Source of the DNA: Dictyostelium discoideum
Lineage: Eukaryota
Length of the DNA stretch: 64,000 nucleotides
Direction: 5' to 3'
Assembly (NCBI GenBank): GCA_000004695.1
Contig: CM000154.2
Span: 2,912,001 to 2,976,000, forward strand
Shown: positions 19,040-37,226 of the stretch, piece after piece
How positions within the stretch are numbered: the first letter of the stretch is position 1
Layout: each line of letters opens with the position of its first letter
Position numbers and translations under genes: made by a program
The notes under the pieces: generated by a model
The model's input: the letters and a program-made list of their open reading frames with translations, nothing else
What the model was told of the DNA's origin: nothing
Database searches by the model: none

Positions 19040-20103
19040 AAGAAGCAGCATCATCATTATCAATTTTAGCACCATTAAATTTAAATGAAATAGATGAAAA
19101 TAAAATAAAATTTAATAAAGATGGTGATAAAACATATTTTTCAGAGAAAGATAATACTCATTATATTTATAATACACATAGTAAACAATGGTTAGCAGAG
19201 ATAACTAAAGATATGATGAATTCACAACAATCGGTATACCAGAAAAAGGTAGAGAAAAGAGATTTAACACAAGAACAAATTGATAATATCTCTGATTTAC
19301 ATATTTCTGGTATACCTATGGATGGTTCAATAAGAGAGTTACAAATATCAAATTATCTAAAGAAATGTGGTTACATTAAAAAGAATGAATATGGTAGACC
19401 AATCATTAGTCTTTTAGTTGATAATGAAAATCAATTCACTGGTTGTGCTTTAGTTTCATTTGAACGTAAAGAATCTGTTCCAATTGCAATTTTACAATAT
19501 GATGAAACTGAAATCTCTCCAAATAATATAATTAGAATAAGAAAAGTAAGTAAAATTAAACTAACATTATTAAATAATATATATATTAATATATTAATAT
19601 ATATATATTTATATTTATATTTATAGGCAACACTTGAAGAATCAAAACTACATTTAGTAAATGAAAAAAGTAATAAAAAACAAAAGAAATCACATAAAGA
19701 TAGAAGGAGTGAATATGAGAATGAAGCAAAATATGGTTGGGCAGATTCAGAGAGTAAAACAGTGATTATAAAGAATTTATTCTCACCAGAGGAAGCAATG
19801 GTGGATCCAAACTTTTTTAATGATCTTCAAGCAGATTTAGAGGATGAAACCCATGGTTGTGGAAAATGTGGTCCAATCTCTTCGATTCACATCTTTGAGT
19901 ATAATCCAGATGGTGTTGTATCTGTAAAATTTTCTGAATTTGAATCTGCTAAGAAATGTGTAGCCTTAATGAATGATCGATTCTTTGGTGGAAGGAAATT
20001 ATCTGCTGATTTCTATGATGGTTATTCAAATTATTATGTTGAAGAAACTGATGAAAATAAAGAAAAACGTCTCAAGAAATGGGAATCTTATATAAATAAA
20101 TAA
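18859..20103 (+). CDS. HIV Tat-specific factor 1 / CUS2 homologue (splicing factor, RRM/UHM type). 2 exons: 18859..19545, 19627..20103.
   Basis: C-terminus ALMNDRFFGGRKLSADFYDGYSNYYVEETDENKEKRLKKWESYINK* matches HTATSF1 ALMNGRWFGGRQITAQAWDGTTDYQVEETSREREERLRGWEAFL. Exon 1 ends …IIRIRK|GTAAGT. Acceptor is ttatag|GCAACACTT. The frame joins track ORFs 18859..19626 and 19762..20103. An RRM-like stretch VIIKNLFSPEEAMVDP…GPISSIHIFEYNPDGVVSVKF is present. Confidence 0.75.
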
Positions 20104-20118
20104 TCTACCCAGCACACA

Positions 20119-20174
<56 letters not shown>

Positions 20175-20426
20175 ATTTTAAACTTTTGGGGGAGGGGTGA
20201 GTGAGTATATAACCACACTGGAATAATTATCTATTACCAAATTAAATTGTATATAAAAAAAAAAAATAAAAAAAATAAAAAAAAAAACGGTTGGGTGTTT
20301 TCATCTTGGGTTTAATTATATCGCCCCACTTAACTTTTTAAGTGGTTTTGTTTTTTTTTTTTTTTAAAAAACAATGTTTTTTTTTTTTTTTTTTTTTTTT
20401 TTCTTAATTTCTTTTAAAATATAAAA

Positions 20427-20698
20427 ATGGTTTCGCATGATATAATTGATATGATTACACTAACAGGAAAGGGACACTATAGACAAAGAATTGAAGTTTT
20501 TTTAATAGCCGACCCTACCTTCACAAAGGAAGAAAAACAAAAAATTATGAAAATAATTGATGCATTCAGTTCAGCCCTCCCAGATGAAAAAATTGAAAAA
20601 GCAATAATAAATGAATGTGAAAAATATTTAAATTCTACATTAGTATTTAAAAGAATTTTAGGTTCCATCCGACCATCATTTATAGGTAAACTTTAATT

Positions 20699-20741
<43 letters not shown>

Positions 20742-20889
20742 AATATTTATTTTTATTATTGTCATTAATATAACAAAAAAAGAAAAAGTCTGTGGAAAAT
20801 TAAAATATGGCTGTGTCATTATATCATTATTAATTTGGACAATAATTACTATTTTTCTCCATATTGATTTATTAAAGGCACTACTAAAA

Positions 20890-20892
<3 letters not shown>
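20427..20892 (+). CDS. Small hypothetical protein. Exon 1 (20427..20685, 86 aa + 1 nt) is confident as an ORF. A speculative second exon (20783..20892) would add a C-terminal TM helix (…KYGCVIISLLIWTIITIFLHIDLLKALLK*), giving a tail-anchored protein of about 123 aa.
   Basis: ATG at 20427 with coding-like, unusually G/C-containing codons. The track ORF ends IGKL*, but ATAG|GTAAAC is a plausible phase-1 donor. The acceptor aaaag|AAAAAGTCTGTGG continues in frame into a hydrophobic segment ending TAA at 20890-20892. Confidence 0.3.
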
Positions 20893-20980
<88 letters not shown>

Positions 20981-20982
20981 AT
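20888..20982. repeat. (AAAT)n microsatellite, about 24 units
   Basis: Direct reading of aaataaataaat… tract. Confidence 0.95.
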
Positions 20983-21096
20983 TTTATTTTTTTATTTTTT
21001 TATTTTACAAATCAATTTTATTTTTATTTTTAACTTTGATTAAACCATTTTATTATTATTATTACTATTATTTTTATTTTTATTTTTATTTTTTTT

Positions 21097-23349
21097 TTAA
21101 CTTTGATTAAACCATTTACCTTCACCTAATAAAATGACACGAGAAGTTGAATAAGACATACCTAAAAAGAAAGTATAAAGTAACATAAAATAAAAATATT
21201 TTGGAGGATTTTTCCAATGGAGTGCTTCAATTTTATAAATTCTAGTTTCAATGTACATGGAAATGATATCGGTTACCCATTCAAAAGAGAATTGAATTGC
21301 CATACTTGAAAATAAAGTTGTATAATCTAATTGACTCTTATCGAAAACATTATAAAATGCTATATAAACAAAACATGATGTTAAAATAGAGGTATTTTCA
21401 TACAATTGTTCGTGACGTAGAAAATCTCTATAAATTTTATCAAAATTTTGAGAATGTGTTAATCTCTTTTTAAAACAAAATCCACAAATTGCATTCATAA
21501 TCTTTTTATCTCTTGGTCTTAATGTAGTTCTCCATAATAATTCTGTTAAACTAACAATTGCCATTGTACCAGACATAAATAATAATGACACTAGTTTAAA
21601 ATAAAATAAAATAAATTAGTATAAAAAGAAATTTAAATATTATTTAAAAAAATAAAAAATAAAAAAAGAAAATACATTACTATTACTATTAAAAAATCTA
21701 CCATAATAAGTTGAAAACCACATAAAGATTAAAACTGGGAAAACATTTGTACCTGGAGTTTTTGGTTTAATACGAGAAGAACAAGCACGAGCAACAAATA
21801 AACCCATAGCACATAAACCAGGATGAATTAAAATACGTACAACCGATTTATTAATTGATGAGGTTTTAACATACCATGGAAGGATAGCAAAATCATAAAG
21901 TACAAGTACGATGGCAGCAAGAGCAAATTGACCCATAAAAAGATGTCTAAAAGTTGGATTATTGATTTTTCTACCCATATAATGTGAAGAGAGTACTAAG
22001 GCAACACAGAAAAAGAAATAACTTGGTAAAAGCGCTAATGTTTGATCAAGTAATTCATGTACAGTGTTATAGATTGCCCATGCCGATGCACCCGAAGATG
22101 AAATTAAACCAATTATCAATGGGACTATTGTATCACGGAATCCAAAGAAAGTTAATAATAAAAAGTATGGAAACATACATAATGAAAAATTTAAAATGGT
22201 ACGACTAATTGAGTGGGTAACGATTGCCCAATATGGCCAAGTAGTTGATGAACTATCAATATAACGACAACCAAGAAATATTTCAAAACAACCATAACCA
22301 ATAGCCATAATTGAAATTACAAGTGTTAGACCTAGAATTTTAAGGAAATAAGTACCAAATACTCTTATGAATTCTTTATGACTAAATGGTGGTACTGGTT
22401 CTTTTTTCTCTTCAAGTGCTTCAATTGGTTGTTCAATATCTTCTTTATTTTGTTGATCATCATCTCTGTCTGCATCGTCATATTCATCATATTGATCTTC
22501 ATCACCATATTCATCTTGGTCATCACCGTCACCACCATAACCCTTCATTTCAATACCATCTTTTGAAGAATTCATTGGATCATTTGGTGTAAATAATGGT
22601 GGTGTAATTAAAACAGTTCCTGCTGCATATGATGTATTTAATAAATTACTTGGTGTATTAAAGTTTGGAATTGGTGATGGTCCAATTTTCTCTTTTTCTA
22701 AATTAATTTCTTCTTGTATTGGTGTTTGTAATTCAACAATTGTTGGAACTTGTAATGTTATTGATTTTGGTTGTTCATTTTCATTATTATTATTATTATC
22801 AATTGGAATTGTTGGTACCTCTAAAGTTTCAGTTTTTGTAGTAGCGCTTGTTGTAGTTGGTGTAGTGGTTGTGGTGGTAGTATTATTAATTGGTTGTAAA
22901 GTTGTTGATACCGGTCTTCTTGGTAAATTTGTTGAATTTCTTCTTGATGGATCTCTATTGATATTATTTGGACGTAATTGAGAACCTGATCTTTGTTGCC
23001 TAGTTTGTGCAGATAAAAGATTTGGATCAACACCTACACCAGGTGGTAATCCATTTGGATCTAATGCTGTTGTATGTGATCTTTGTTGTCTTGTTTGAAT
23101 TGGTGATCTATTAGGTCTAACAACTCTATTAGGATTATTATTATGATTATTATTATTAGTTGGTAAATTTGGAGGTCTTGAAACTTCTGTATGTGATCTT
23201 GAACGTGGTTGAGATTGTGGTTCTGATTCAGAAACTTGAATTGAAAGTGCGCTTGTATTCTCTCCCTCTTGTGAATCTTGTCCTTCTTGTGAATCTGATC
23301 TAAATCTTGAAGCCAATAAATCCAATAATGAAAATAATGTTGTTGCCAT
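21097..23349 (-). CDS. Multi-pass transmembrane protein of unknown family, about 735 aa. It has an N-terminal Ser/Thr/Asn/Pro/Gln-rich disordered region of about 330 aa, then 8 or more hydrophobic helices. 2 exons: 23349..(21681-21702), 21600..21097.
   Basis: Track ORFs 21640..23349(-) and 21097..21591(-) are joined by an AT-rich intron of about 100 nt ending ttttaaactag|TGTCATTA. Three alternative phase-1 donors exist (G|GTAGAT, A|GTAATA, A|GTAATG), so the junction is plus or minus 21 nt. ATG is the complement of 23347-23349 (MATTLFSLLDLLASRFRS…). Hydrophobic segments include LKILGLTLVISIMAIGYGCFEIFLG, ILNFSLCMFPYFLLLTFFGF, FALAAIVLVLYDFAILPW. Confidence 0.6.
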
Positions 23350-24345
23350 TTTTTTTTTCTTTTCTTTTTTTTTAGACTATTATTATTACAGGTTTTTATT
23401 TATATATTCTTTTTTTTTTTAATTACAAGTTTTAAGAAAAAAAAAAGTGGAAAAAAAAGTGGAAAAAAAAAATGGAAAATCTTTTTTTATTAAAAAATTA
23501 ATTTTAATGTTTATTATTATTATTATTTATCAATTATTAAAATACAATTCAAAAAAGAAAAAAAAAAGTAATGATACAATATTTAATGGTACACATAAAT
23601 TTATATAAAAAAAAAAATTTTAAATTTTTTTTTTAATTTTATTTATTTTATTTTATTTTACTTTCAATCACTTTGGAATGTTGAAAAAGTGATCAAATTT
23701 TTTTTTATTATTTTATTATTAATTTTTTTTTCAAAAAAAAAAATTAATTTTTATTATTATTATTACCAACGGTAATGTTATTTATATACACGTTAAAAGA
23801 AAAAATATAAATACAACAAAGAAGTTAATGTGTGATACAAAAATAAAAATTGTGGTTTCGAGGTATTTTTTTATTTTTTTTTTTTTTTATTTTTTTTGAT
23901 TGAGGTTTTTGAGATTGAGTGGGTGAAATGGTAATATTATATTTTCATGCAATGCAAAAATTTTGATGAGTTGATTTATTTTAATTTAATTTTTATTTTT
24001 GTTTTTATTTTTTTATTTATATTTTTTTTTTTTTTTTTTTTTTATGATTGATTATAATGTGGGATCATGTGAATTAATCTTTTTAAAATGTGATTAAAAA
24101 ATAACTCTTCGCAAATAAATAAATTATTATTTTTAGACAATGAATTGAAAGGTGATTGAATGGTTGAAAAATGATATATGGTGGTAAAACTATTTTTAAA
24201 ACAAAGTTATTTAAATAAAATAAATAAAGAAAAAAAAAATACAAAAATAAATAATTATTTTAATTAATAAAACATACCCAATATATTTTTACCTTCCCCC
24301 CCCCAAAAAAAATAAAAATTTTTTGGGGGGTTGGGAAGGGGGGGG

Positions 24346-24394
<49 letters not shown>

Positions 24395-24682
24395 TAAAAT
24401 AAAATTGTAAATAAAAAAGTGATTGGATGCAATGTACAAAAATAACTCTTTTTTTTTTTTTTCTAAACAATCAGAAAAAAAAAGTAAAAAAAAAAATGAA
24501 AATAATTTATTTTTATTTTTATTTTTATTTTTTTTTTTTTTTTTGTGAGAAAAAAAAAAAAAATGAACATTGATAAGTCAAATTCAAATAATTTTTTTGA
24601 TATTTTACGACTATTCAAATTAAAAAAAATAATCAGACCTTTTTTGCGAGTTATTATTATAAATAAGATCCGATAAACGATG

Positions 24683-24722
<40 letters not shown>

Positions 24723-25131
24723 AAACAAAGAAAGAAAGAAAAAAAAAAATAAAATAAAACATAAGAGAACAAGCGAATATAATCCCCTAAAAAGAAAAAA
24801 AAAAAAAAATGAAAATAAAAAAGATAAAAATAAAAAAAGATAAAAATAAAATTTTTTAAAAATGTATTATTTTGAATACAATAAAATTTAACCTACATTT
24901 TATTACAAGTTATTTTAAATTTTTGTTTTCTTTTTCTTTTTTTTTTATTTCCTATTTATTATTTTTATTATTTTTTTTTTTTTTACAAATGTACAATGAT
25001 TATTATTTATTTACAAAGATTTTAATGCGCTTGAGGAGAAGAGAAAAAAAAAAAAAAAAAAAAAAATAGTTATACGCGATATATTTAAAAATACATATAT
25101 TATTATAGTTATTTATTGTTGGTATGCAAAT

Positions 25132-25162
<31 letters not shown>

Positions 25163-25473
25163 TTTTCACTATGGAAAATAAAATAAAAAAAAAAAAAATA
25201 AAATAAAAAAAAAATTTTAAAAAATAATTATAACAATAGGGGCTCTATTGACCAAAAAAGCTTTTTGTGCAATATCTTTCACAAGATATTTATCTCAAAC
25301 CAAATTTTTTATTGATTACTCAGCTTATTTTGAGTAAAAGTTTTTAAAAATATCTAATTTTTTTTTTTTTTTCAATTATTTTAAAAAAAAAATATTCTTT
25401 TTTTCCATTTTTTTTTTTTTTAATTTCATTTTTTTTTTTTTTGAACATATCTAAAATTATAAATTCCAAAATA

Positions 25474-25504
<31 letters not shown>

Positions 25505-25738
25505 CTTTATTTATTTTAAATCAAAAAAAAATAAAAAAAGAAAAAAAAAGAATTAACGGATAATTTTTTAAAAGGTGTGAAGTTAATTTTTTTTTTTTTT
25601 TTTTTTGATTTAAAATTTTGTATACGAAGGATATTTATGGAATATTATTCAAAATAAAAAATTAAAATAAAAAATTTATAAAATTTTGACCAACAACATA
25701 AAATCGCATCATGATGCAGCTCCTCTTTTTCTTTTTTT

Positions 25739-25793
<55 letters not shown>

Positions 25794-25850
25794 ATCCCAA
25801 CAAACCTTATATATATTTTTTTTTTATTTTTTTTTTGATTGTTGGTTATG

Positions 25851-25895
<45 letters not shown>

Positions 25896-26325
25896 ATATT
25901 CTTTATTGATTTTATGATTTAAAAAAAAATACAGCAAGGAAGAAAATTAAAATAAAAAAATTTTATTTATCATTTTTAAAATCAATCTCCACACCCAAGA
26001 AAATATCACAAGTGAATACTATTAAAATGGAAATAAATTAAAATATTTTGACTTGTTCCTGTAAATATGAAAATAAATTTAATGGTAAATGTAATTTTAA
26101 TTATAATTATTTTCTATAAAATGGAAAGAAAAAAAAAAAAAAAATAAAATTTTTTTTAAAAATTTCTTATTATTTTATAGTTGGATAAAGATCAACAACT
26201 ATTAAATAATATTTGAAATTATTTTATTATATCTTTGGTTATTATACATATATAAATTATTATGAGAAACACTTTCATCAACGATTTTTTTTTTTTTTTT
26301 TTTTTTTTACTTTTTTCTAAATTAT

Positions 26326-27459
<1,134 letters not shown>

Positions 27460-28048
27460 TTATTTTTTTTTTTATTTGTTTATTTATTTAATATTAAAAT
27501 ATAATTAAAATCTTTTGAGTTGTTTAATAATGAAATAAAAAAAAAAAAAAAAAATTCTATTTATACACCAACCCAAAAAAAAAAAATTTTTTAAAAAAAT
27601 AAAAATCCATTTTTAATGGGTTTTAAAAAAAATAAATCTATTTTTTATGGCTTTCATAATTAACCCCCAAATTTCCAATAAAAATTTTCGAATTAACCTA
27701 GAACTTCCTATTTTTTATTAATTTTAATAGTTTTTTAATTTTTATTAAATAATAATTTTAAATTTCATATAAATTTATTATAATTATTTTTTTTATTATT
27801 TACATTATATGTATTACTATATTAAATTAATTTATTTAATTTAATTTATTTTGGAATGAAATAAAACAAAAAAAAAAAAAAAAAAAATAAAAAAATAAAA
27901 AACCCAAACACGATTACAATAATTATTTTAATTAATTTTTTTTATTTTTTTAAATTACTTACCAAAAAAAAAAAAATTTATTATGATAAGTAATTTTAAT
28001 ATTTCTTTAAAATAAAATTTGAACCTCTTATTATTTTTTATTTTCTAA

Positions 28049-28102
<54 letters not shown>

Positions 28103-28781
28103 CTTTATTCCAAAGACTGCTTTTATTTTTTTTTACTTCTTGAGCTATGGATTATTGTAAAAAATACCTATTATCTTTAAAATAAAATAAAAATAATAAT
28201 AGTATAAAAAAAAATAATTATAATAAAATAAAAATTATGATAGTATTATTAATAAAAATAATAATAATAATATTTATATGAAGAAACATTACCAAATCAA
28301 TGTTTCTTCATATCAATAAAAATAATAATAATAAAAATTAAAAATAAAACAAAAATAATAATGATAAAAATTAACAACACACAAATAGTTATAACGTTTC
28401 TATGACCAAAATGGAAATTTTGTTTGTGATTTCTTAATTTTCAAGGTTATTAATTTAAAAATAGAAAAAAAAAAAAAAAAAATAAAATAAAATAAAAATA
28501 AAAAAAAAAAAAATTATTCACACTTCAATTAAATACAAAACATCATTTGCACAATTCTTATGTTTTTTTAACTTTGTCTTTAATACGGCGACAAAATATA
28601 CACTAGTTACTGGAGTCTCTATGTCAGGCACAAAAAAACACAAAAAAAAAAAAAAAAAAAAAATAATATTAATTTTTTTAAAAATAAATAAATAAAAAAT
28701 AGAAAGAAAAAAAAAATAGTACTGTAAATAGAATTCAATGTACACACCACCTCCAACTTTTATATTTGGTGTGATGAAACA

Positions 28782-28830
<49 letters not shown>

Positions 28831-28978
28831 GGGAGTGGGTTTGTGTGTGAGTGTGAGTGTGAGTGGGGTTGGTGTTTGTGTTTTTCATTATACATTATAA
28901 AATAATAATAATAATAATAAAAAAATAAAAATTTAAAAAAAAAAAATTAAAAAATTAAAAAAATTAATTTTTTTATTT

Positions 28979-29078
28979 NNNNNNNNNNNNNNNNNNNNNN
29001 NNNNNNNNNNNNNNNNNNNNNNNNNNNNNNNNNNNNNNNNNNNNNNNNNNNNNNNNNNNNNNNNNNNNNNNNNNNNNN
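28979..29078. other. Assembly gap (100 N)
   Basis: Run of n. Confidence 1.
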
Positions 29079-29700
29079 TTTTTTTTTTTTTTTTTTTTTA
29101 ATATTGTGTGTGTTTTTTTTTTCTTTCATTTTCAATCAGTCAGCAGTCCCATTCACTCAATAAAAACTAATAATACATATATAAAATAAAAAGAAAAAAA
29201 TAACTATAATCAACTTTTATTTAATTAACCTAATTTATTAAATTAACAAATCATAACATAGCAACAATCAAATAATTTTTCAAAAAAAATATTTTAAAAA
29301 TAAAATCTCATACACAGGTAATAATTTTCTTTTTAATTTATTTATTTTTAATTTGTTTATTATTATTAGTCATCATTTATTTCATACGCATATACAATCA
29401 ATTTGCAATAGAGATTAAAATAAAAAAAAAAAAAAAAAAAAAAAAAAATAATTATACTAGAAAAAAAAAAAAAAATTAATATATTAACATATTTCTTCCT
29501 TATTTTATATAGAATAATAATATTATCAAAAATAATTAATAAAGTTATATAGTTTTAATATTTTATTTTTTTTATTAAAAAAACATTAGTGTAATATAAA
29601 AAGTTTAATAATAGTAATAATAATAGTTATAATAATAATAATAAAAAATAATTATAATAATAATAATAAAAATATTTTTTTATATAAACTATTATAATTT

Positions 29701-29734
<34 letters not shown>

Positions 29735-29849
29735 AAAAAAAAAAAATTATTTATTTTAATTATTAAATTTTTTCAATTTTAATATATATTATATAAATTA
29801 ATATTATTAAACATAAAAAAAAAAAACACATTAAAAAAAAAAAAAAATT

Positions 29850-30531
29850 ATGTCAATAAAATTACCACTATCAAATATTAATAGTGGTGGTAATAGTAAT
29901 AATAGTAGTAGTAGTAATAGTACTAGTAATAATAATATAAATATTAATATAGGTAATGGTATACCTACAAATATTGAGAAAATGACATTTGAAGATTCAG
30001 AAACTCAAAAATTAAATATCAAGCAACAATCAAATAATAATACATCAACTTCAGTATGTGTATCATCGATTCATTCCTCGTCACCAATTTCATCACCAAC
30101 ATCACATCAAGTTAATAAATCATCAGGATCATTACCACCAGTAATAAAAAGATCACCAACAACAACTCATCATCATAATAGTAGTGGTAGTAATAGCAGT
30201 AGTAGTAGCAGTGGTAGTAATAATAATAATAATCAAATTAAAACAAGTAATGGAATGAATAAACCAAATCCAACAGGATTTTTATTTGGGAGTAAACCAA
30301 GAGAAAATTCACAAAATAAAATCGATGATAATAAAGGTGTAAATCTAGCAGTTAGTACAAGTAATTCTTCAAATAATTTTCATAAATCGCATTCTGAAAG
30401 TAATATTATAAATATAAATGCACCACCTGTAGAAACTGTAAATATGGAAGAAATTTATAATAATATACCTTCTTCAATTTCAATGGAAAATATTAGAGAG
30501 AATGAAAATAATAATAATAGTAGTAATAACA

Positions 30532-30573
<42 letters not shown>

Positions 30574-33500
30574 GTAATAATATTAATAATGTAAATGGTA
30601 ATAAAAGTAGTTTAGCATCATCCACTTCATCAATATCATCTCTATCATCAGTTTCGACATTATCAACTTCTAATGCTGCTACAAATACAAATACAAATGC
30701 AAATACAACATCAACTACTAAAACTACATCAACAGTAAGATCAACATCACCAACCCAATTTAAACCAAGAGTTGAATTTGATGAAAATAATCCAAATGCA
30801 ATTATTTTATCAAGACAAAGATGTAAATCCATTTCAAGTCCAAGTGATTTTAGGTTGAACCCACCATCAAATGTACATATGCCAACTAGTTCCTTATCGA
30901 CTTCAACTTCAACTACTAATGTTAATGGATTATTATTACCAAATGGTGTTGGTGGGGTTTCAATGTCTTTCACCCCATCAGGTTTACCAATGACTCCACC
31001 AACAAATTCTTCACAGGTTGATACATTACAAATGTCAACTGAAAGTATAACAATTCAACCTTCCTCTTTAGACTCTTCCTCTGAATCAGTTTCTGATGGT
31101 TTACAATCTGTTTCTGGTTCGCCTGTTACTGCTTCACCTTCACCAACTATTTCAAATAACACAAATGCTACTACTACTAATAATAATAATAATACTAATA
31201 CTAATAATAATAATAATAATAATAATAATCAGCATAATCATCACCATCATCAACATAGTCATAGTCAACAACATGATGTTTATCAAATTAAAAAAGAAAA
31301 TTTTCCATCGTCACCAACTTCACCAACTTTATTACCATCAGAAACTCATGATTTCTCTTCTGAATATTCTAGTAATCCAGGTGGTAAATGTGCAATTTGT
31401 AGAAAACCATTGTGGAGTTTCCCAATTAGTGATAAGAGTAGACGTTGTAGAGATTGTTCTTTAGTTGTACATAGAGCATGTGTTCCTTTAGCAACTGAAT
31501 GTCCATCGGCAAAGAAAAGTCCTTCAAAATTATCGGTACCAAATGGTAATCAATCGAATTCATCATCATCATCCTCCTCTTCATCATCATCCTCATCATC
31601 ATCAAACTCATCATCATCTAATACAAAAGGCCATTCGCGTACACCATCATCACCATCAGTTAGTAGTATACCAGGATTTCAATTAACTTCAAATGCGTCA
31701 CAAAATTTACATGTAAATTCTCATACATTATCATTATTAGTAAATGGTGCGACAATTGATTCAAATCATTATAAGAGAAATAAAAAATCATTAGAAGCTG
31801 GAGCAAGAGATTTTCATTTTATATTTCGTGGTTGTGGTATACCTTTAGATGAATTCCCATTGGATTCATATGTATGTGGTCTTTATTCATACTTTGCACA
31901 TGGTAGATTATATTTAACAGAGAGTTATGTTTGTTTTTATGATGGTTTCGTATTCGATAGAACTAAAGAACGTACAAAGATAATTAAAGTATCAAATATT
32001 GCATCCATTGAAAAACGTTCATCAGGTTTAAATCCAAGTGCAATTAAAATCAAAACATTTGATGATCAATCATTTATATTCACTCATTTTATGCATAGAG
32101 AGGTAGCATTTGATGATTTGGAAGGTTTATTAATTCATCAAGAAAGTTTACATTTTGCACATAGTATAGTTGCAAATAATTTCCCAGGTATGAATGAAGC
32201 AATTAGAGGTCAAACAAAGAGATTACTTTCAAGAGCACGTTTAGATGGTCATTATCAAATTCATAGTAAAATACGTTGTCCAATGCCAAGTAAAGAGATA
32301 CTATTAATGAGTGCAATTAAAAATAATAATTTAGATATGGTTGTAACTTTATTAAATTATTATTGTCAAGTGAATTCCGATGAAATTAATTCCGTTGATT
32401 CAAAAGGTTATACACCATTACATAATGCTGTATTCTCTGAATGTTCTGATCAAATTTTCATGCATTTATTGAATCAAAAGGAAGTACGTGTTAGAGAACG
32501 TAATATGGATGGTAATACACCACTTCATTATTTCTGTCAAAAATTCAAATCACCAGAATGTCAGAGAATAGTTCAAGCCATGATTGAAAAAGGTGCAAAT
32601 ATTAACGAACAAAATTATAATGGTGAAACTCCATTACATAAAGCAATCTTCAATCATTCAGTACGTTTATTAATGGTTTACATTTTGTTAAAGAATAATG
32701 CCAATGTAAACATTGTCAACAATGCTGGTGAATCACCACTTCATTATGCAGTACGTTTAGGTAGATTAGATGTTGCAAAAATGTTATTAGCTGCTGGTGC
32801 TGATCCAACAATCATTAGTTTAAGAGATAGAAAAACCGCTTTAGCTTTAGCAGTTGATTATGATGTTTGTCCTGAAATCTCTGATTTATTACGTCGTTTA
32901 GATACAATCACAACATCATTGGAAATGTATGAATTGGAAAAGTTTCAAGCATCATTGGTTGTTGAAGAACTTCAAAAAGAGAATGTTGTAGCACGTTTAG
33001 ATGAAAAATTATTGGATAAAATAGGTTGTACTGATAAAGAAGAACGTAGAAAATTCTTATCATTAAAGAGTAATCGTTTATTAATTCATCATCCAGCACG
33101 TACTCAAGGTGCTAAAATCATTTTAAAAGAAATGGAAACTATGGATATTAAAAATGGTAAATTAATCATTTCAGAAACTGAATTGGAGTATACAGAGAAA
33201 ATTGGTTCCGGTGCATCTGGTAAAGTTTTCAAAGGAATTTATCGTGGTAGAGTAGTTGCAATTAAAGTTTTAAAATCTGCCGATGATGAAATGACTCGTG
33301 AAGATTTCTTAAAAGAATTTGGTGTTTTGGCTTCATTGGAATCTCATACTATAGTTGGTTTATATGGTGTGGTTTTAGAACCAAAGATTTGTTTAGTAAT
33401 GGAATATTGTTCAAACGGTAGTATCTATCATTCCATTAGAAAGAATCCACCATCTTGGGAGAGATTCTTTTCTTTTGTTCAACAAATGTTGGCTGGTATT

Positions 33501-34232
33501 AATGCACTTCATCAATCAACTCCTCAAGTTTTACATAGAGATATTAAAACTCTAAATTTCTTGGTAAATCATAACAATAAGGTTAAAGTTGCCGATTTTG
33601 GTTTAAGTCGTTTCAATACAGAATCAAATCAAGAAACTTTAAATAAAACAAGAGGTACTTCAGTATATTGTGCTCCAGAAGTTTTCGAAGGTAAAGAATA
33701 TAATGAACGTTCCGATATGTATTCAATGGGTATTGTAATGTGGGAGATTGTCTATTGTGTTGTTTATGGTTGTTATATGATACCATATCAAGAGTATAAT
33801 AAAATGTTTAATGCTTTCCAAGTTGCCCTATTGGTTAATTCGTCAAAGAGAGTTTTAAGACCAACAATCCCAATTGGTGTACCACAAGTTTTAAAAGATT
33901 TAATCTATTGTCTATGGGATCATGACGTTTCTTCAAGACCAACCGCAACTGAAGCAATGACCGCATTGGCTGTATGTGAAAAAGAATATAAACAAAATAA
34001 AGCTCAATGGGAATTAGTAATTACTAAAAAAGAACCAACTCCACTTCCACGTGTTGCTCCATTACCTGCTTTCCCTGGTTATCGCCAATTCTATGAACAA
34101 AATCTTGATATTAAACCTATACCTGAGGAGGAACAAATTTATCAAGAAGCAATGGAAAAACAAAGAAGAAATCAAGAAGCAAGTGCAAATAGAAATCAAA
34201 AAAATAAAGAATTATTAAATAATAATAATTAA
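29850..34232 (+). CDS. arkA: Ankyrin-repeat, C1-like zinc finger and GRAM-like domain-containing TKL-group Ser/Thr protein kinase, 1460 aa, single exon. Possibly arkA.
   Basis: Domains in order:
- Long Ser/Asn/Thr-rich N-terminus.
- Cys-rich C1-like motif GGKCAICRKPLWSFPISDKSRRCRDCSLVVHRACVPLATECPS.
- GRAM-like segment FHFIFRGCGIPLDEFPLDSYVCGLYSYFAHGRLYLTESYVCFYD…IKVSNIASIEK.
- Ankyrin repeats (GYTPLHNAVFSEC…, GNTPLHYFCQ…, GETPLHKAIFNHS…, GESPLHYAVRLGRLDVAKMLLAAGADP).
- C-terminal kinase domain IGSGASGKVFKGIYRGRVVAIKVLK…HRDIKTLNFLV…VADFGLSR…YCAPEV.
Symbol is from memory (arkA, about 1460 aa); unverified. Confidence 0.75.
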
Positions 34233-34264
34233 ATAATTAAATAATAATAAATAATAAATAATAA

Positions 34265-34295
<31 letters not shown>

Positions 34296-34488
34296 CTTTA
34301 TAATTAATAATAAGAAATAAAGAAAAAAAAAAAAAAAAAATATAATTTATATATTTTTTTTTTGTGTATATAAATATTAATAAAAATAAAATTAATTATT
34401 TTTAAGTTTTTTTTATTTATATCTTTTCTTTATTTCTTTTCTTTTGAAGAAATAATTGACATTTTTTTTTTTTCAATTTATCTTTGGT

Positions 34489-37226
<2,738 letters not shown>

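Noticed and set aside
21033-21122. Short duplication (ttaactttgattaaaccatttt) flanking the membrane-protein gene stop
   Set aside because: About 30-bp local duplication in the 3' UTR; too small to call a mobile element.
24285-24345. C-run / G-run palindromic island (cttccccccccc…ggggggttgggaagggggggg) and similar islands at 2461-2720, 6350-6480, 46140-46210
   Set aside because: Most likely low-quality-read or homopolymer assembly artefacts rather than biological G-quadruplex elements. They occur only inside long poly(A/T) deserts. Kept as a caution rather than a feature.
30455-33099. Internal and antisense ORFs within the arkA-like gene (30455, 31096, 31426, 32908)
   Set aside because: Overlap a continuous, domain-rich 1460-aa ORF on the + strand; low-complexity.
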